Positions 1 to 9,385 of a DNA stretch of 64,000 nucleotides are shown one piece after another; positions within the stretch are counted from its first letter, which is position 1; every line of letters begins with the position of its first letter. The translations under genes were made by a program, and so were the position numbers. Origin of the DNA: Alphaproteobacteria bacterium (lineage in GTDB: Bacteria; Pseudomonadota; Alphaproteobacteria; MPNO01); contig OZ219866.1 of assembly GCA_964291675.2 (NCBI GenBank), positions 384,001 through 448,000 on the forward strand, given 5' to 3'. Below the pieces are notes generated by a model, which was not told where the DNA came from, ran no database searches, and was given only the letters and a program-made list of their open reading frames with translations.

Positions 1-1
1 G

Positions 2-277
2 CCGGAGACCCAGCTCGCCCTCGCCGCCGCGCCGGATGCGTCCGAGGCGCCGATGCCGGCGCCCGGCGTGTCGCTGCGCCTGGTCGACCGGGACGGCAAC
101 ATCCTTGCGGGCGAAGCAGAGGGCGCGCTGGAGCTCCGCGGCCCGAGTCTCGCGCCCTCCTATCTCGATGACGAGGAAGCGAACCGGAACCGCTTCACCG
201 GCGACCGCTGGTGGCGCACCGGCCTGCGCGCGAGAATGGACGCCAGCGGAACGGTCGCGCTGCTGGGCAGGCATTGA
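2..277 (+). CDS. AMP-binding (ANL family) enzyme, 3' part only (runs off window start)
   Basis: Frame open from position 2 (PETQ...); GALELRGPSLAPSYLDDEEAN...WWRTG resembles the ANL motifs GEL.vRGP....GY....T...W..TGD; stops at LLGRH*. Confidence 0.65.
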   Translation, partial: PETQLALAAAPDASEAPMPAPGVSLRLVDRDGNILAGEAEGALELRGPSLAPSYLDDEEANRNRFTGDRWWRTGLRARMDASGTVALLGRH

Positions 278-296
278 GCGAGGCAGGGAGACCGGC

Positions 297-986
297 ATGA
301 GCTACGCCATACCCTTCGCCGGCCCTCCGACGGTCGGCATCGCGGGCGGCGATCTCCGCTTCCCTGTGCGCCGGATCTACACCATCGGGCGCAACTACGC
401 CGCCCATGCCGCGGAAACCGGGCTGGGCGGGGCCGGCGGCTCGAAGCCGGGCGTTTCGCTCAAGCCCGCGGATTCGGTGATCCCCGACGGCAGCGCCCTG
501 CCCTACCCGCCGGGGACCGCGCAGCTGGAGCCGGAGGTCGAGATGGTCGCCGCCATCGGCAAGGGCGGCGCCGACATCCCGCGCGCAGCCGCGCTCGACC
601 ACGTCTTCGGCTACGCCGTCGGCTTCGACATGATCCGGCGCGACATCATGCATGCCTGCATCGCCGACCAGCATTCCTGGGATCTCTGCAAGAGCTTCGA
701 CGGCGCATCGCCGATCGGCGACCTCGCCCCCGCCGGGGACATCGGCCATCCCGCGAGCGGCGCGATCGCGCTCGCCATCAACGGGGCGGAGCGCCAGCGG
801 GGCGATCTGTCGGAGCTGATCTGGCCGGTCGCGGAGATCGTCGCGCGGCTGTCGGCGCTGAGCCGGCTGGAGCCGGGCGACCTGATCTTCACCGGCACCC
901 CCAAGGGGCCGGGCAAGGTCGAGCGCGGCGACCGGCTGGAGGGCGTCATCGAGGGGATCGGCAGCCTCGCCATCGACATCGCGTGA
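297..986 (+). CDS. Fumarylacetoacetate hydrolase family protein
   Basis: FPVRRIYTIGRNYAAH, EVEMVAAIGKGG, GYAVGFDMIRRD, KSFD, LEPGDLIFTGTP; ATG at 297 after GGGAG. Confidence 0.9.
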   Translation: MSYAIPFAGPPTVGIAGGDLRFPVRRIYTIGRNYAAHAAETGLGGAGGSKPGVSLKPADSVIPDGSALPYPPGTAQLEPEVEMVAAIGKGGADIPRAAALDHVFGYAVGFDMIRRDIMHACIADQHSWDLCKSFDGASPIGDLAPAGDIGHPASGAIALAINGAERQRGDLSELIWPVAEIVARLSALSRLEPGDLIFTGTPKGPGKVERGDRLEGVIEGIGSLAIDIA

Positions 987-1004
987 TCGCGGCGCGCCGA
1001 CCCT

Positions 1005-1511
1005 TCAGGATATCGGATCGGTCAACCCCGCCGGCAGGCGGGTCCGCGCGGTCAGATGCGCGCGGGCGAGCTGGTCGGGCTTCAGGCTGAGCACGGAGGA
1101 GAGATCGGCACCGTCGAGATTGGCATCGTCGAGCACGGCGTGGAGGAGATCGGCCCCCGCGAGATCGGCGTCCAAGAGCTCGGCGCCGGAGAGATCGGCC
1201 CGCACCAGCTCCGCCCCGGCGAGCCGCGCGCCGCGCAAGCTCGCACCCGTCAGCACGGCATCGTGCAGGAAGGCGCCGCCGAGATCGGCCCCGGCCAGAT
1301 CGGCGCTCCGGAGCTCGGCGCGCCTGAGCTCGGCCCGGCGCAGGCTCGCCCCGGCGAACAGCGCCCCGTGCAGGGTGTAGCCGTGCAGATTCGCGCCGTC
1401 GAGATCGAGCCCGCTGAAATCGCCCCGCTCGCCGCCCTTGCCGGCGCTCAGCACCCAGCTCAGATGGCGCTCGAAGCGCTTGCGGAACGCCTCCGCGTCG
1501 ATCGTCTCCAC
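1005..1511 (-). CDS. Pentapeptide repeat protein
   Basis: Tandem A(D/E/N/S)Lxx pentapeptides after HxxW...GERGDFSGLDL; GTG start at 1511 is my estimate. Confidence 0.85.
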   Translation of the reverse strand: METIDAEAFRKRFERHLSWVLSAGKGGERGDFSGLDLDGANLHGYTLHGALFAGASLRRAELRRAELRSADLAGADLGGAFLHDAVLTGASLRGARLAGAELVRADLSGAELLDADLAGADLLHAVLDDANLDGADLSSVLSLKPDQLARAHLTARTRLPAGLTDPIS

Positions 1512-1664
1512 CGCCGTTCCCCGTGACCCTTCGACACCGCGCCGGCACGGTGTTGAAACAGCTCGCGAATTGCAAGCCCGCAAGGGGTGGCGATCGAACG
1601 CGCAGGACGGCACAATTGCGTCCTCCCCCGCGTAACTTGGCTGGGCAACAAGGGCGAGACCGAC

Positions 1665-2558
1665 ATGCAGAGCGTTGAGACGAAGCACAATCTTAGGTTG
1701 TCTCGGAGGACGGTCTCGCTGTTCTGCGCTGTGCTGGTGTCCGGAACCGGTCTGTTCCTGTCACCCGACCGGACGCAGGCGGCTCGCCCGGGAGGTCCAC
1801 CGACGTGTACGGTCGACAACATCACGGGCCCCTGTCGCTTCATCCGCACGATCAAGACTATCAAGGCGGACCACGACAAATACGTGTCGAACCGTTCGAT
1901 TCTATGGATCGAAAAGGCCTACCTGTCGCGCGAGGAGGCGATGCACCTGCACGAGAGGATCGACAAGGGCATCGGCGATGTCGAGAACGCGCTTGGATTG
2001 AAATTCGCGGCCGAAGTCTACGGCCAGGAAAAGATCGAGTTCTTCGTCCACGGGGCGCGCAGACCTTCGCACACGATTACCGCCTATTGGCCGCGGCGCT
2101 TCCTGCACCCGGTCATCTTCCTCACCTACGCCAAGGGGCGAAGAACGCCCTACCTGCACGAGATCGTCCATATCGTCGCCTGGGACTGGCACGCGCTGTG
2201 GCTCAAGGAAGGGCTGGCGGTGGTCTTGAACGACCGGTTGGGCGGCTATCGCGCTTTCCCGAATTTCGGCCGGTCGCTGGACAACCTGGCGCGGGAATTC
2301 GACGGGGGCGGCTCGTTCCCCGCGACGGCGGCGATGGACCTGATCGGCCAGAACGGCGTACCGGAGTTCGACAACCGGAAGGTACGGCGGATCTTCTATA
2401 TCTTCGCAGGCTCGTTCGTGGCCTATCTGGAACGCAAGATCGGGCTGCCGGTGCTGATGAAAATCTATTCGGCGGAAGACACCGCGGCCGCCATTCTCCG
2501 GCTGACGGGAAAACCGGTGGGGCAGTGGAAAGCCGAATGGCGTCGAGAGTTCTACTAG
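1665..2558 (+). CDS. Secreted putative zinc metallopeptidase (gluzincin/peptidase MA-like)
   Basis: Hydrophobic N-terminal segment; PYLHEIVH (HExxH) followed by WLKEGLAV (third-ligand Glu). Confidence 0.65.
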   Translation: MQSVETKHNLRLSRRTVSLFCAVLVSGTGLFLSPDRTQAARPGGPPTCTVDNITGPCRFIRTIKTIKADHDKYVSNRSILWIEKAYLSREEAMHLHERIDKGIGDVENALGLKFAAEVYGQEKIEFFVHGARRPSHTITAYWPRRFLHPVIFLTYAKGRRTPYLHEIVHIVAWDWHALWLKEGLAVVLNDRLGGYRAFPNFGRSLDNLAREFDGGGSFPATAAMDLIGQNGVPEFDNRKVRRIFYIFAGSFVAYLERKIGLPVLMKIYSAEDTAAAILRLTGKPVGQWKAEWRREFY

Positions 2559-2692
2559 CGGCGGCGGGTGAAGGCGGCCACCCGGCTCCGGCGACCCGGG
2601 CCTCTTCGTTTGATCGCAGCCACAACCGGCCCTATCATGGAGAGGAGTGCATGGCCAGGTGTCGGCACCGGCGTTTCGGACGGGATTTCGGA

Positions 2693-2998
2693 GTGAACAG
2701 AGCGCCGTTTCTTGCCGCGGGGTTTGTCGCGCTGGCGGCGCTGCTCGGCGCCTGCAGCGTGGCCGAGTCGCTCAATCCCGCGGGCTGGTTTCCGTCCTCC
2801 GACGACGACGGCAAGGGCGCCGAGCAATCGCCGGCGGAAGAACCCGCGCCCGCGCCCGACTGGGACGAGCTGCGCGAGAAGATGGCCGACGGCCTGATCG
2901 CGGACCGCGAGAACGCCCGCCATACCGGCGAGCCGATCCCGCGCCAGAGCGATCAGCTCGCCCCGCCGCCGGGAGCGTCGACCGAGGGCGCGCGCTAG
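2693..2998 (+). CDS. Small putative lipoprotein
   Basis: Signal peptide with lipobox LLGA/C (VALAALLGACS); alternative in-frame ATG at 2651. Confidence 0.6.
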   Translation: MNRAPFLAAGFVALAALLGACSVAESLNPAGWFPSSDDDGKGAEQSPAEEPAPAPDWDELREKMADGLIADRENARHTGEPIPRQSDQLAPPPGASTEGAR

Positions 2999-3191
2999 AA
3001 AGGGGCCGGCGGTTCGCAAGGGACCGCGGCAAATCGTCCCGGAACGGCGTCTCGCCCACCCGGTCCCGCAATTCGGCGGGTCGGCGGCGCAGCGCCGGGT
3101 TGTCAGCGCCCGTCAAACGATGCAGTTTCGCCGCCGATGAGGGTTCGGCCCCGCCGCCGGATCTCGCCAGAGTCGGAAAGCCGATCGAGCC

Positions 3192-4427
3192 ATGAGCGCA
3201 GTGCCGGAGAGCGAGCAGCAATTCTACCGGATCAAGCGGTTGCCGCCCTATGTGTTCGCCGAGGTGAACGCGATGAAGGCGGCGGCGCGCGCGGCCGGCG
3301 AGGACATCATCGATTTCGGCATGGGCAACCCCGACGCCCCCTCCCCGCCGCATGTCGTCGCCAAGCTGGTCGAGGCGGTGCAGGACCCGAAGACCCACCG
3401 CTATTCCAACTCGCGCGGCATCCGCGGGCTCAGGCGGGCCATCGCGGCCTATTACGAACGCCGCTTCGGGGTGACCCTCGACCCGGAGCGCGAGGCCATC
3501 GCCACGCTCGGCTCCAAGGAGGGCTTCGCCAACCTGGCGATGGCGATCACCAGCCCGGGCGACGTGGTCATCGTCCCCAACCCGTCCTACCCGATCCACG
3601 CCTACGGGTTCATCATCGCCGGCGGCGCGCTGCGCCATGTCCCGGTCGGCCCCGGCATCGACTTCCTGGCCGAGATCGAACGCGCGGCGCGCTACAGCGT
3701 GCCGGCGCCGCTTGCCGTGATCCTCAACTTCCCGGCCAACCCGACCGCGCATGTCGTGGATCTCGGGTTCTACGAGGAGGTGGTCGATTTCTGCCGGTCG
3801 CGCGGCATCTACGTGATCTCCGACCTCGCCTATGCCGAGATCTATTTCGACGACAACCCGCCGCCGTCGATCCTCCAGGTGCCCGGCGCGATCGACATCG
3901 CGGTCGAGTTCACCTCGCTCAGCAAGACCTACTCGATGCCGGGCTGGCGCATCGGCTTCGCGGTCGGCAACCGCCGGCTGATCGAGGCGCTGGCGCGGGT
4001 GAAATCCTATCTCGACTACGGCGCCTTCACCCCGGTCCAGGTCGCCGCGGTGGCCGCGCTCAACGGCCCGCAGGACTGCATCGACGAGACCCGCGCGCTC
4101 TATCGCCGGCGCCGCGACGTGCTGGTCGAGAGCTTCGGCGCCGCCGGGTGGGAGATACCGCCGCCGGACGCGACCATGTTCGCCTGGGCGCCGATCCCGC
4201 CGCGGTTCTCCAATATCGGCTCGCTCGAATTCTCCAAGCTGCTGCTCGACCGGGCCAAGGTCGCGGTCTCGCCCGGCGTCGGGTTCGGCGAGTACGGCGA
4301 GGGCCATGTGCGGATCGCGCTGGTCGAGAACCGCCACCGCATCCGCCAGGCGGCGCGCAACGTCCGCCGCTTCCTCTCCGACACCGACCGCCTGGTCGCC
4401 ATGCCGAAACGGGCGGCGCAGGCCTGA
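3192..4427 (+). CDS. alaC: PLP-dependent class I aminotransferase (AlaC/YfdZ type, often annotated LL-DAP aminotransferase)
   Basis: FYRIKRLPPYVF, DFGMGNPD, DLAYAEI, SLSKTYSMPGWRIG; position upstream of hom is typical. Confidence 0.88.
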   Translation: MSAVPESEQQFYRIKRLPPYVFAEVNAMKAAARAAGEDIIDFGMGNPDAPSPPHVVAKLVEAVQDPKTHRYSNSRGIRGLRRAIAAYYERRFGVTLDPEREAIATLGSKEGFANLAMAITSPGDVVIVPNPSYPIHAYGFIIAGGALRHVPVGPGIDFLAEIERAARYSVPAPLAVILNFPANPTAHVVDLGFYEEVVDFCRSRGIYVISDLAYAEIYFDDNPPPSILQVPGAIDIAVEFTSLSKTYSMPGWRIGFAVGNRRLIEALARVKSYLDYGAFTPVQVAAVAALNGPQDCIDETRALYRRRRDVLVESFGAAGWEIPPPDATMFAWAPIPPRFSNIGSLEFSKLLLDRAKVAVSPGVGFGEYGEGHVRIALVENRHRIRQAARNVRRFLSDTDRLVAMPKRAAQA

Positions 4428-5722
4428 TGGCACCGCTCGCGGTCGCGCTGGCGGGGCTCGGCACGGTCGGCGCGGGCGTCTTCGCGCTGCTCAGGGACCG
4501 GGCGGAGACTCTGGCCGGCCGCGCCGGGCGGCCGATCCGGGTGGTCGCCGTCTCGGCGCGCGACCGCAGCCGCGACCGCGGCATCGATCTCGACGGCGTC
4601 GCCTGGTTCGACGACGCGGCGGCGATGGCGCGCGAGGCGGAGGCGGACGTCCTCGTCGAGCTGATCGGCGGCGCCGACGGCATCGCGAGGGCGGCCTGCG
4701 AGGCGGCGCTCGATGCCGGCCGCGACGTGGTGACCGCCAACAAGGCGCTGCTCGCCAAGCACGGCACCGGCATCGCGCGGCGCGCCGAAGCGTCGGGCCG
4801 GACGCTGGGCTACGAGGCGGCGGTCGCCGGCGGCATTCCGATCGTCAAGGCGCTGCGCGAGGGGCTGGCGGCCAACCGCATCGCCGCCATCTACGGCATC
4901 CTCAACGGGACCTGCAACTACATCCTCACCGAGATGCGCACGACCGGCAGGCCGTTCGAGGACGTGCTGGCCGATGCGCAGGCGCTCGGCTACGCCGAGG
5001 CCGATCCGCATTTCGACATCGACGGCATCGACGCGGCGCACAAGCTCTCCATCCTCACCGCGCTCGCCTTCGGCACCGAGATCGATTTCGACGGCGTCCA
5101 TGTCGAGGGCATCCGGCATGTCTCGGCCGACGATATCGTGTTCGCCGACGAGCTCGGCTACCGCATCAAGCTGCTCGGCATCGCCCGGCGCACCGGGCAC
5201 GGCATCGAGCAGCGGGTGCATGCCTGCATGATCCCGCAAACCGCGCCGCTCGCCCGCGTCGAAGGCGTGTTCAACGCCGTCGTCGCCGAGGGCGACAGCG
5301 TCGGACCGACGGTCTATGAGGGGCGCGGCGCCGGGGCTGGCCCGACCGCATCGGCGGTGGTCGCAGACCTGGTCGACCTCGCCCGCGGCCTCCGCCTGCC
5401 GGTCTTCGCCGCGCCGGCGGCGAACCTGCTGCCGGCGGAGACCGCGGCGATGGACCGCCATGTCGGCCCCTATTACCTGCGTCTCATGGTGGTCGACCGG
5501 CCGGGGGTCATCGCCGACGTCGCCGCGGCGCTCCGCGACGAGCAGATCTCGATGGAATCGATGATCCAGCGCGGCCGCGCGCCGGGCGAGCCGGTGCCGG
5601 TGGTGCTGACCACCCACGAGACGGCGGAGGCGGCGATGTCGCGCGCCCTCGCCCGGATCGAGCGGCTCGGCAGCGTGGTCGAGCCGCCGCGCATGATTCG
5701 CATCGAATCGCTGGTAAGCTGA
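4427..5722 (+). CDS. hom: Homoserine dehydrogenase with C-terminal ACT domain
   Basis: GLGTVG, VVTANKA, EAAVAGGIP, GILNGTCNYIL, GYAEADP, GRGAGAGPTASAV; TGATG overlap with upstream gene. Confidence 0.96.
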   Translation: MAPLAVALAGLGTVGAGVFALLRDRAETLAGRAGRPIRVVAVSARDRSRDRGIDLDGVAWFDDAAAMAREAEADVLVELIGGADGIARAACEAALDAGRDVVTANKALLAKHGTGIARRAEASGRTLGYEAAVAGGIPIVKALREGLAANRIAAIYGILNGTCNYILTEMRTTGRPFEDVLADAQALGYAEADPHFDIDGIDAAHKLSILTALAFGTEIDFDGVHVEGIRHVSADDIVFADELGYRIKLLGIARRTGHGIEQRVHACMIPQTAPLARVEGVFNAVVAEGDSVGPTVYEGRGAGAGPTASAVVADLVDLARGLRLPVFAAPAANLLPAETAAMDRHVGPYYLRLMVVDRPGVIADVAAALRDEQISMESMIQRGRAPGEPVPVVLTTHETAEAAMSRALARIERLGSVVEPPRMIRIESLVS

Positions 5723-5742
5723 CCGCCGAAGGGAGCGAGATC

Positions 5743-6723
5743 ATGACCGAGCCCGCCTCGACAATGGACCGCAACCTTGCGCTCGAGGTGGTCAGGGTCA
5801 CCGAGGCGGCGGCGCTCGCGGCATCGCGGCTGATGGGCCGCGGCGACGAGCGCGCGGCCGACCAGGTCGCGGTGGATGCGATGCGGGGCGCGCTCAACAG
5901 CCTCGCCATCGAGGGCACCGTGGTGATCGGCGAAGGCGAGCGAGACGAGGCCCCGATGCTCTATATCGGCGAGAAGGTGGGCGCCGGCGGCGGACCCAAG
6001 ATCGACATCGCGCTCGACCCGCTGGAAGGCACGACGATCACCGCCAAGGGGCTGACCAACGCGCTCGCCGTGGTGGCGATGGCCGAGGAGGACGGGTTTC
6101 TCAACGCGCCCGACGTCTATATGGACAAGATCGCCGTCGGCGGCGGGCTGCCCGAGGGCGTGGTCGATCTCGACGAGAGCCCGGGCGACAATCTCGAGAG
6201 CCTCGCCGGGGCCAAGGGGGTGGATGTCTCCGACCTGGTCGCCTGCATCCTCGACCGCCCGCGTCACGAAGAGCTGATCGCACGGGTGCGCGAGGCGGGC
6301 GCCCGCATCATGCTGATCACCGACGGCGACGTGTCGGGGGTGATCGCGACCTCGCAGAAGGAGAGCGGCGTCGACATCTATCTCGGCTCGGGCGGCGCGC
6401 CGGAGGGGGTGTTGGCCGCCGCGGCGCTGCGCTGCATCGGCGGGCAGATGCAGGGCCGGCTGATCTTCCGCAACGACGAGGAGCGGCGCCGGGCGGCGAA
6501 TTGCGGGATCGCCGATCTCGACCGCAAGTACGGGCTGCTGGAGCTCGCCGACGGGGACGTGATGTTCGCCGCCACCGGGGTGACCAACGGCACCATGCTG
6601 CGCGGTGTGCGGCGCGAGGCCGGGCGCGCCTTCACCCATTCCATGGTCATGCGCTCGAAGACCGGGACGGTGCGGCTGATCGAGGCCCATCACAACCTGG
6701 AGCGCAAGGCCAGCCTCGGCTAG
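5743..6723 (+). CDS. glpX: Class II fructose-1,6-bisphosphatase
   Basis: VRVTEAAA, VVIGEGERDEAPMLYIGE, DPLEGT, DGDV, GGAPEGV. Confidence 0.96.
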   Translation: MTEPASTMDRNLALEVVRVTEAAALAASRLMGRGDERAADQVAVDAMRGALNSLAIEGTVVIGEGERDEAPMLYIGEKVGAGGGPKIDIALDPLEGTTITAKGLTNALAVVAMAEEDGFLNAPDVYMDKIAVGGGLPEGVVDLDESPGDNLESLAGAKGVDVSDLVACILDRPRHEELIARVREAGARIMLITDGDVSGVIATSQKESGVDIYLGSGGAPEGVLAAAALRCIGGQMQGRLIFRNDEERRRAANCGIADLDRKYGLLELADGDVMFAATGVTNGTMLRGVRREAGRAFTHSMVMRSKTGTVRLIEAHHNLERKASLG

Positions 6724-6728
6724 CCGTC

Positions 6729-8534
6729 ATGGCGATCGAGGCGTCCGCCGCCGACAGCGCCTTTCTCGACGTCGACCGCTCGGTCACCGGCAAGCGCTGG
6801 TACGCGCGGACGGCCGACGATCGCCGGGCGCTGGCCATCGCCGAGGCCAACGGGCTGCCGGAAATCGTCGCCCGCGTGCTCGCCGGGCGGGGGATCGAAT
6901 CCGACCGGGTCGACGAGTTCCTCAACCCGACGCTGCGCAGCGCGCTCCCCGACCCGTCCACGCTGCGCGACATGGATTGTGCCTGCGAACGGGTCGTGCG
7001 CGCGATCGTCGACGGCGAACGCGTGGGCGTGTTCGCCGATTACGACGTCGACGGCGCGACCTCGGCGGCGCTGCTCTCGCGCTTCTTCGCCTCCATCGGC
7101 CAGCGTCTTTCGGTCTACGTCCCCGACCGGATGAAGGAGGGCTACGGCCCGAACGCCGGCGGGCTTCGCGCGCTCCGGGCAGGCGGCGTCTCGCTGGTGA
7201 TCGCGGTGGATTGCGGGACCACGGCGCACCAGCCGCTGGCCGAGGCCGCCGCGCTCGGGCTCGACGTCATCGTCCTCGACCACCATGTCGCGGAGGCGGC
7301 GCTGCCCGAGGCGGTCGCGGTGGTCAACCCCAACCGGCTCGACGAGGACAACGATTGCCGCCAGCTCGCCGCCGTCGGCGTCGCCTTCCTGTTCGCGGTC
7401 GCGGTCAACCGCGCGCTGCGCGAAGCCCGCTGGTACGGCGAAGGCCATCCCGAACCGAACCTGATGGCCTGGCTCGATCTCGTCGCGCTGGGAACCGTCT
7501 GCGACGTGGTGCCGCTGACCGGCGTCAACCGGGCGCTGGTGGCCCAGGGGCTGAAGATCATGGCGCGGCGCGGCAACCCGGGAATCGCCGCGCTCGCCGA
7601 CATCGCCGGGATCGACGAACGCCCCACCGCCTATCATGCCGGGTTCATGCTCGGCCCCCGGGTCAATGCCGGCGGGCGGGTCGGCGAGTCGGGGCTCGGG
7701 GCGCGGCTGCTGTCGATCGACGATCCGGCGGCCACGGCGGATATCGCCGCGAGACTCGAGGGCTACAACCGGGAGCGGCGCGAGATCGAGGCAGAGGTTC
7801 TCGAACGCGCGACCGACCTCGCCGACGCCCAGGACGCGGCGGCCGATACCGCCCAGGAACCGGTGGTCCTGGTCGCGGAAGAGGGCTGGCATCCGGGCGT
7901 CATCGGTATCGTCGCCGCGCGGCTGCGCGAGCGTTTCAACCGGCCCGCCTGCGTGCTCGCCGTGGAGGGCGGGATCGCCAAGGGCTCCGGCCGTTCGATC
8001 CCGGGCGCGGCGCTCGGCTCGGCGGTGATCGCGGCCCGCCAGGCGGGACTGCTGATCGCCGGCGGCGGGCATGCGATGGCGGCCGGCTTCACCGTGGCGA
8101 CGGACCGGATCGCCGAGCTCAAGGCGTTCCTCGACGATCATGTCGCGCGACAGCTCGGCCACCGGATTCCGGCGGTCGGGCTGGCGATCGACGGCGCCTT
8201 GACCCCGACCGGCGCCACCGCAAGGATCGTCGAAGCGCTCGAAGCCGTGGGACCGTTCGGCACCGGCAATCCGCGGCCGCGCTTCGCCCTCCCGCGGGTC
8301 ACCGTGGCCCGCGCCGACGTGGTCGGCACCGATCACGTCCGCTGTTTCCTCGTCGGCACCGAAGGCGGAGCCCGGCTCAAGGGTATCGCCTTCCGTTGCG
8401 CCGGTAGCGCGCTCGGCGATGCCTTGCTCGCGACCGGCGGCGCGCCGCTGCATTTGGCGGGGCATCTCAGGGCGGATCGGTGGCAGGGCCGGGACGCGGT
8501 CGAATTGGCGATCGAGGACGCGGCGAGGCTGTGA
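6729..8534 (+). CDS. recJ: Single-stranded DNA exonuclease RecJ
   Basis: DYDVDG, VDCG, LDHH, GTVCDVVPL, GPRVNAGGR, GSGRS, GGHAMAAG, PFGTGNP. Confidence 0.96.
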   Translation: MAIEASAADSAFLDVDRSVTGKRWYARTADDRRALAIAEANGLPEIVARVLAGRGIESDRVDEFLNPTLRSALPDPSTLRDMDCACERVVRAIVDGERVGVFADYDVDGATSAALLSRFFASIGQRLSVYVPDRMKEGYGPNAGGLRALRAGGVSLVIAVDCGTTAHQPLAEAAALGLDVIVLDHHVAEAALPEAVAVVNPNRLDEDNDCRQLAAVGVAFLFAVAVNRALREARWYGEGHPEPNLMAWLDLVALGTVCDVVPLTGVNRALVAQGLKIMARRGNPGIAALADIAGIDERPTAYHAGFMLGPRVNAGGRVGESGLGARLLSIDDPAATADIAARLEGYNRERREIEAEVLERATDLADAQDAAADTAQEPVVLVAEEGWHPGVIGIVAARLRERFNRPACVLAVEGGIAKGSGRSIPGAALGSAVIAARQAGLLIAGGGHAMAAGFTVATDRIAELKAFLDDHVARQLGHRIPAVGLAIDGALTPTGATARIVEALEAVGPFGTGNPRPRFALPRVTVARADVVGTDHVRCFLVGTEGGARLKGIAFRCAGSALGDALLATGGAPLHLAGHLRADRWQGRDAVELAIEDAARL

Positions 8535-8571
8535 TGCGAAAGCCGGAAAGCCGCCGCGCGGGCGGACGGGG

Positions 8572-9246
8572 ATGACGAAGGGGCGGAGCTTGCCTGCGGC
8601 GGGGACACAACCCTATCGGCGCCGGAACGGTCTGGTCCGGCTCTTGCGCTGGCTGCGCTACCGTTTCGTCGTTCCGATCAAGCGCAGCCGGCACCCGCCG
8701 CAATACACCGCCCGCGGCGTGGCGGTCGGGCTGTTCTGGGCGATGACGCCCACCGTCGGCATCCAGATGATGTTCGTGCTCGCCAACTGGATCGCGTTCC
8801 GCCGCTTCGGGCCGCGCTGGGACTTCAACGTGATCCACGCGATGGCCTGGACCTGGGTGACCAATTTCGCCACCGTCCTGCCGGCCTATTACCTGTTCTA
8901 CGTGACCGGGCAGGTGCTGCTCGGGCGCTGGGACGACCTCACCGGCTATGCGGGTTTCCTTCGGCTCTGGGATGCTAGCACCGCCGGCGGGGCGACCACC
9001 GACTACCTGCCGGGCGCGGCCTCGTCACCGGATGTGTTTTACGACGTCATCGTCGCCGGCTGGGGGCTTGCGATGCTGGTGGGCTGCCCTCCCTATGCCG
9101 TCGCCGCGGCCTGGATCGGCTACGTCTGGTCGCTCAAGCTGGCGGTCGCCCAGCGCCGGTTGATCGCGCGCCGGCGCTACGGCCACGATCCGCGGGACCC
9201 CATGCAGACCGGCAGGCCCCGACCGGAACCGCCGGGCGAGAGGTAG
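8572..9246 (+). CDS. DUF2062-family membrane protein
   Basis: P..TARGVAVGLFWAMTPTVGIQ and WVTN motifs, hydrophobic segments. Confidence 0.8.
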   Translation: MTKGRSLPAAGTQPYRRRNGLVRLLRWLRYRFVVPIKRSRHPPQYTARGVAVGLFWAMTPTVGIQMMFVLANWIAFRRFGPRWDFNVIHAMAWTWVTNFATVLPAYYLFYVTGQVLLGRWDDLTGYAGFLRLWDASTAGGATTDYLPGAASSPDVFYDVIVAGWGLAMLVGCPPYAVAAAWIGYVWSLKLAVAQRRLIARRRYGHDPRDPMQTGRPRPEPPGER

Positions 9247-9249
9247 CGG

Positions 9250-9280
9250 TTGATTTCCACCGACTCCGCGGCTACCAATC
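9250..9280 (+). promoter_or_regulatory. Candidate sigma70 promoter of tRNA-Glu
   Basis: TTGATT (9250-9255), 17 nt spacer, (GC)TACCAAT just upstream of the tRNA. Confidence 0.45.
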
Positions 9281-9287
9281 GCGCCAC

Positions 9288-9363
9288 GACCCCATCGTCT
9301 AGAGGCCTAGGACATCAGCCTTTCACGCTGAAGACACGGGTTCGACTCCCGTTGGGGTCGCCA
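9288..9363 (+). tRNA. tRNA-Glu (anticodon TTC)
   Basis: Acceptor stem GACCCCA/TGGGGTC, anticodon arm TCAGC-CTTTCAC-GCTGA, T-loop GTTCGACTC, encoded 3' CCA, 76 nt. Confidence 0.97.
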
Positions 9364-9385
9364 TACCTCCCCCCGGTTGCAAGAC

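Noticed and set aside
1110-1410. 15/30-nt periodic GAGATCGGC repeats
   Set aside because: Explained by the pentapeptide-repeat coding sequence on the minus strand
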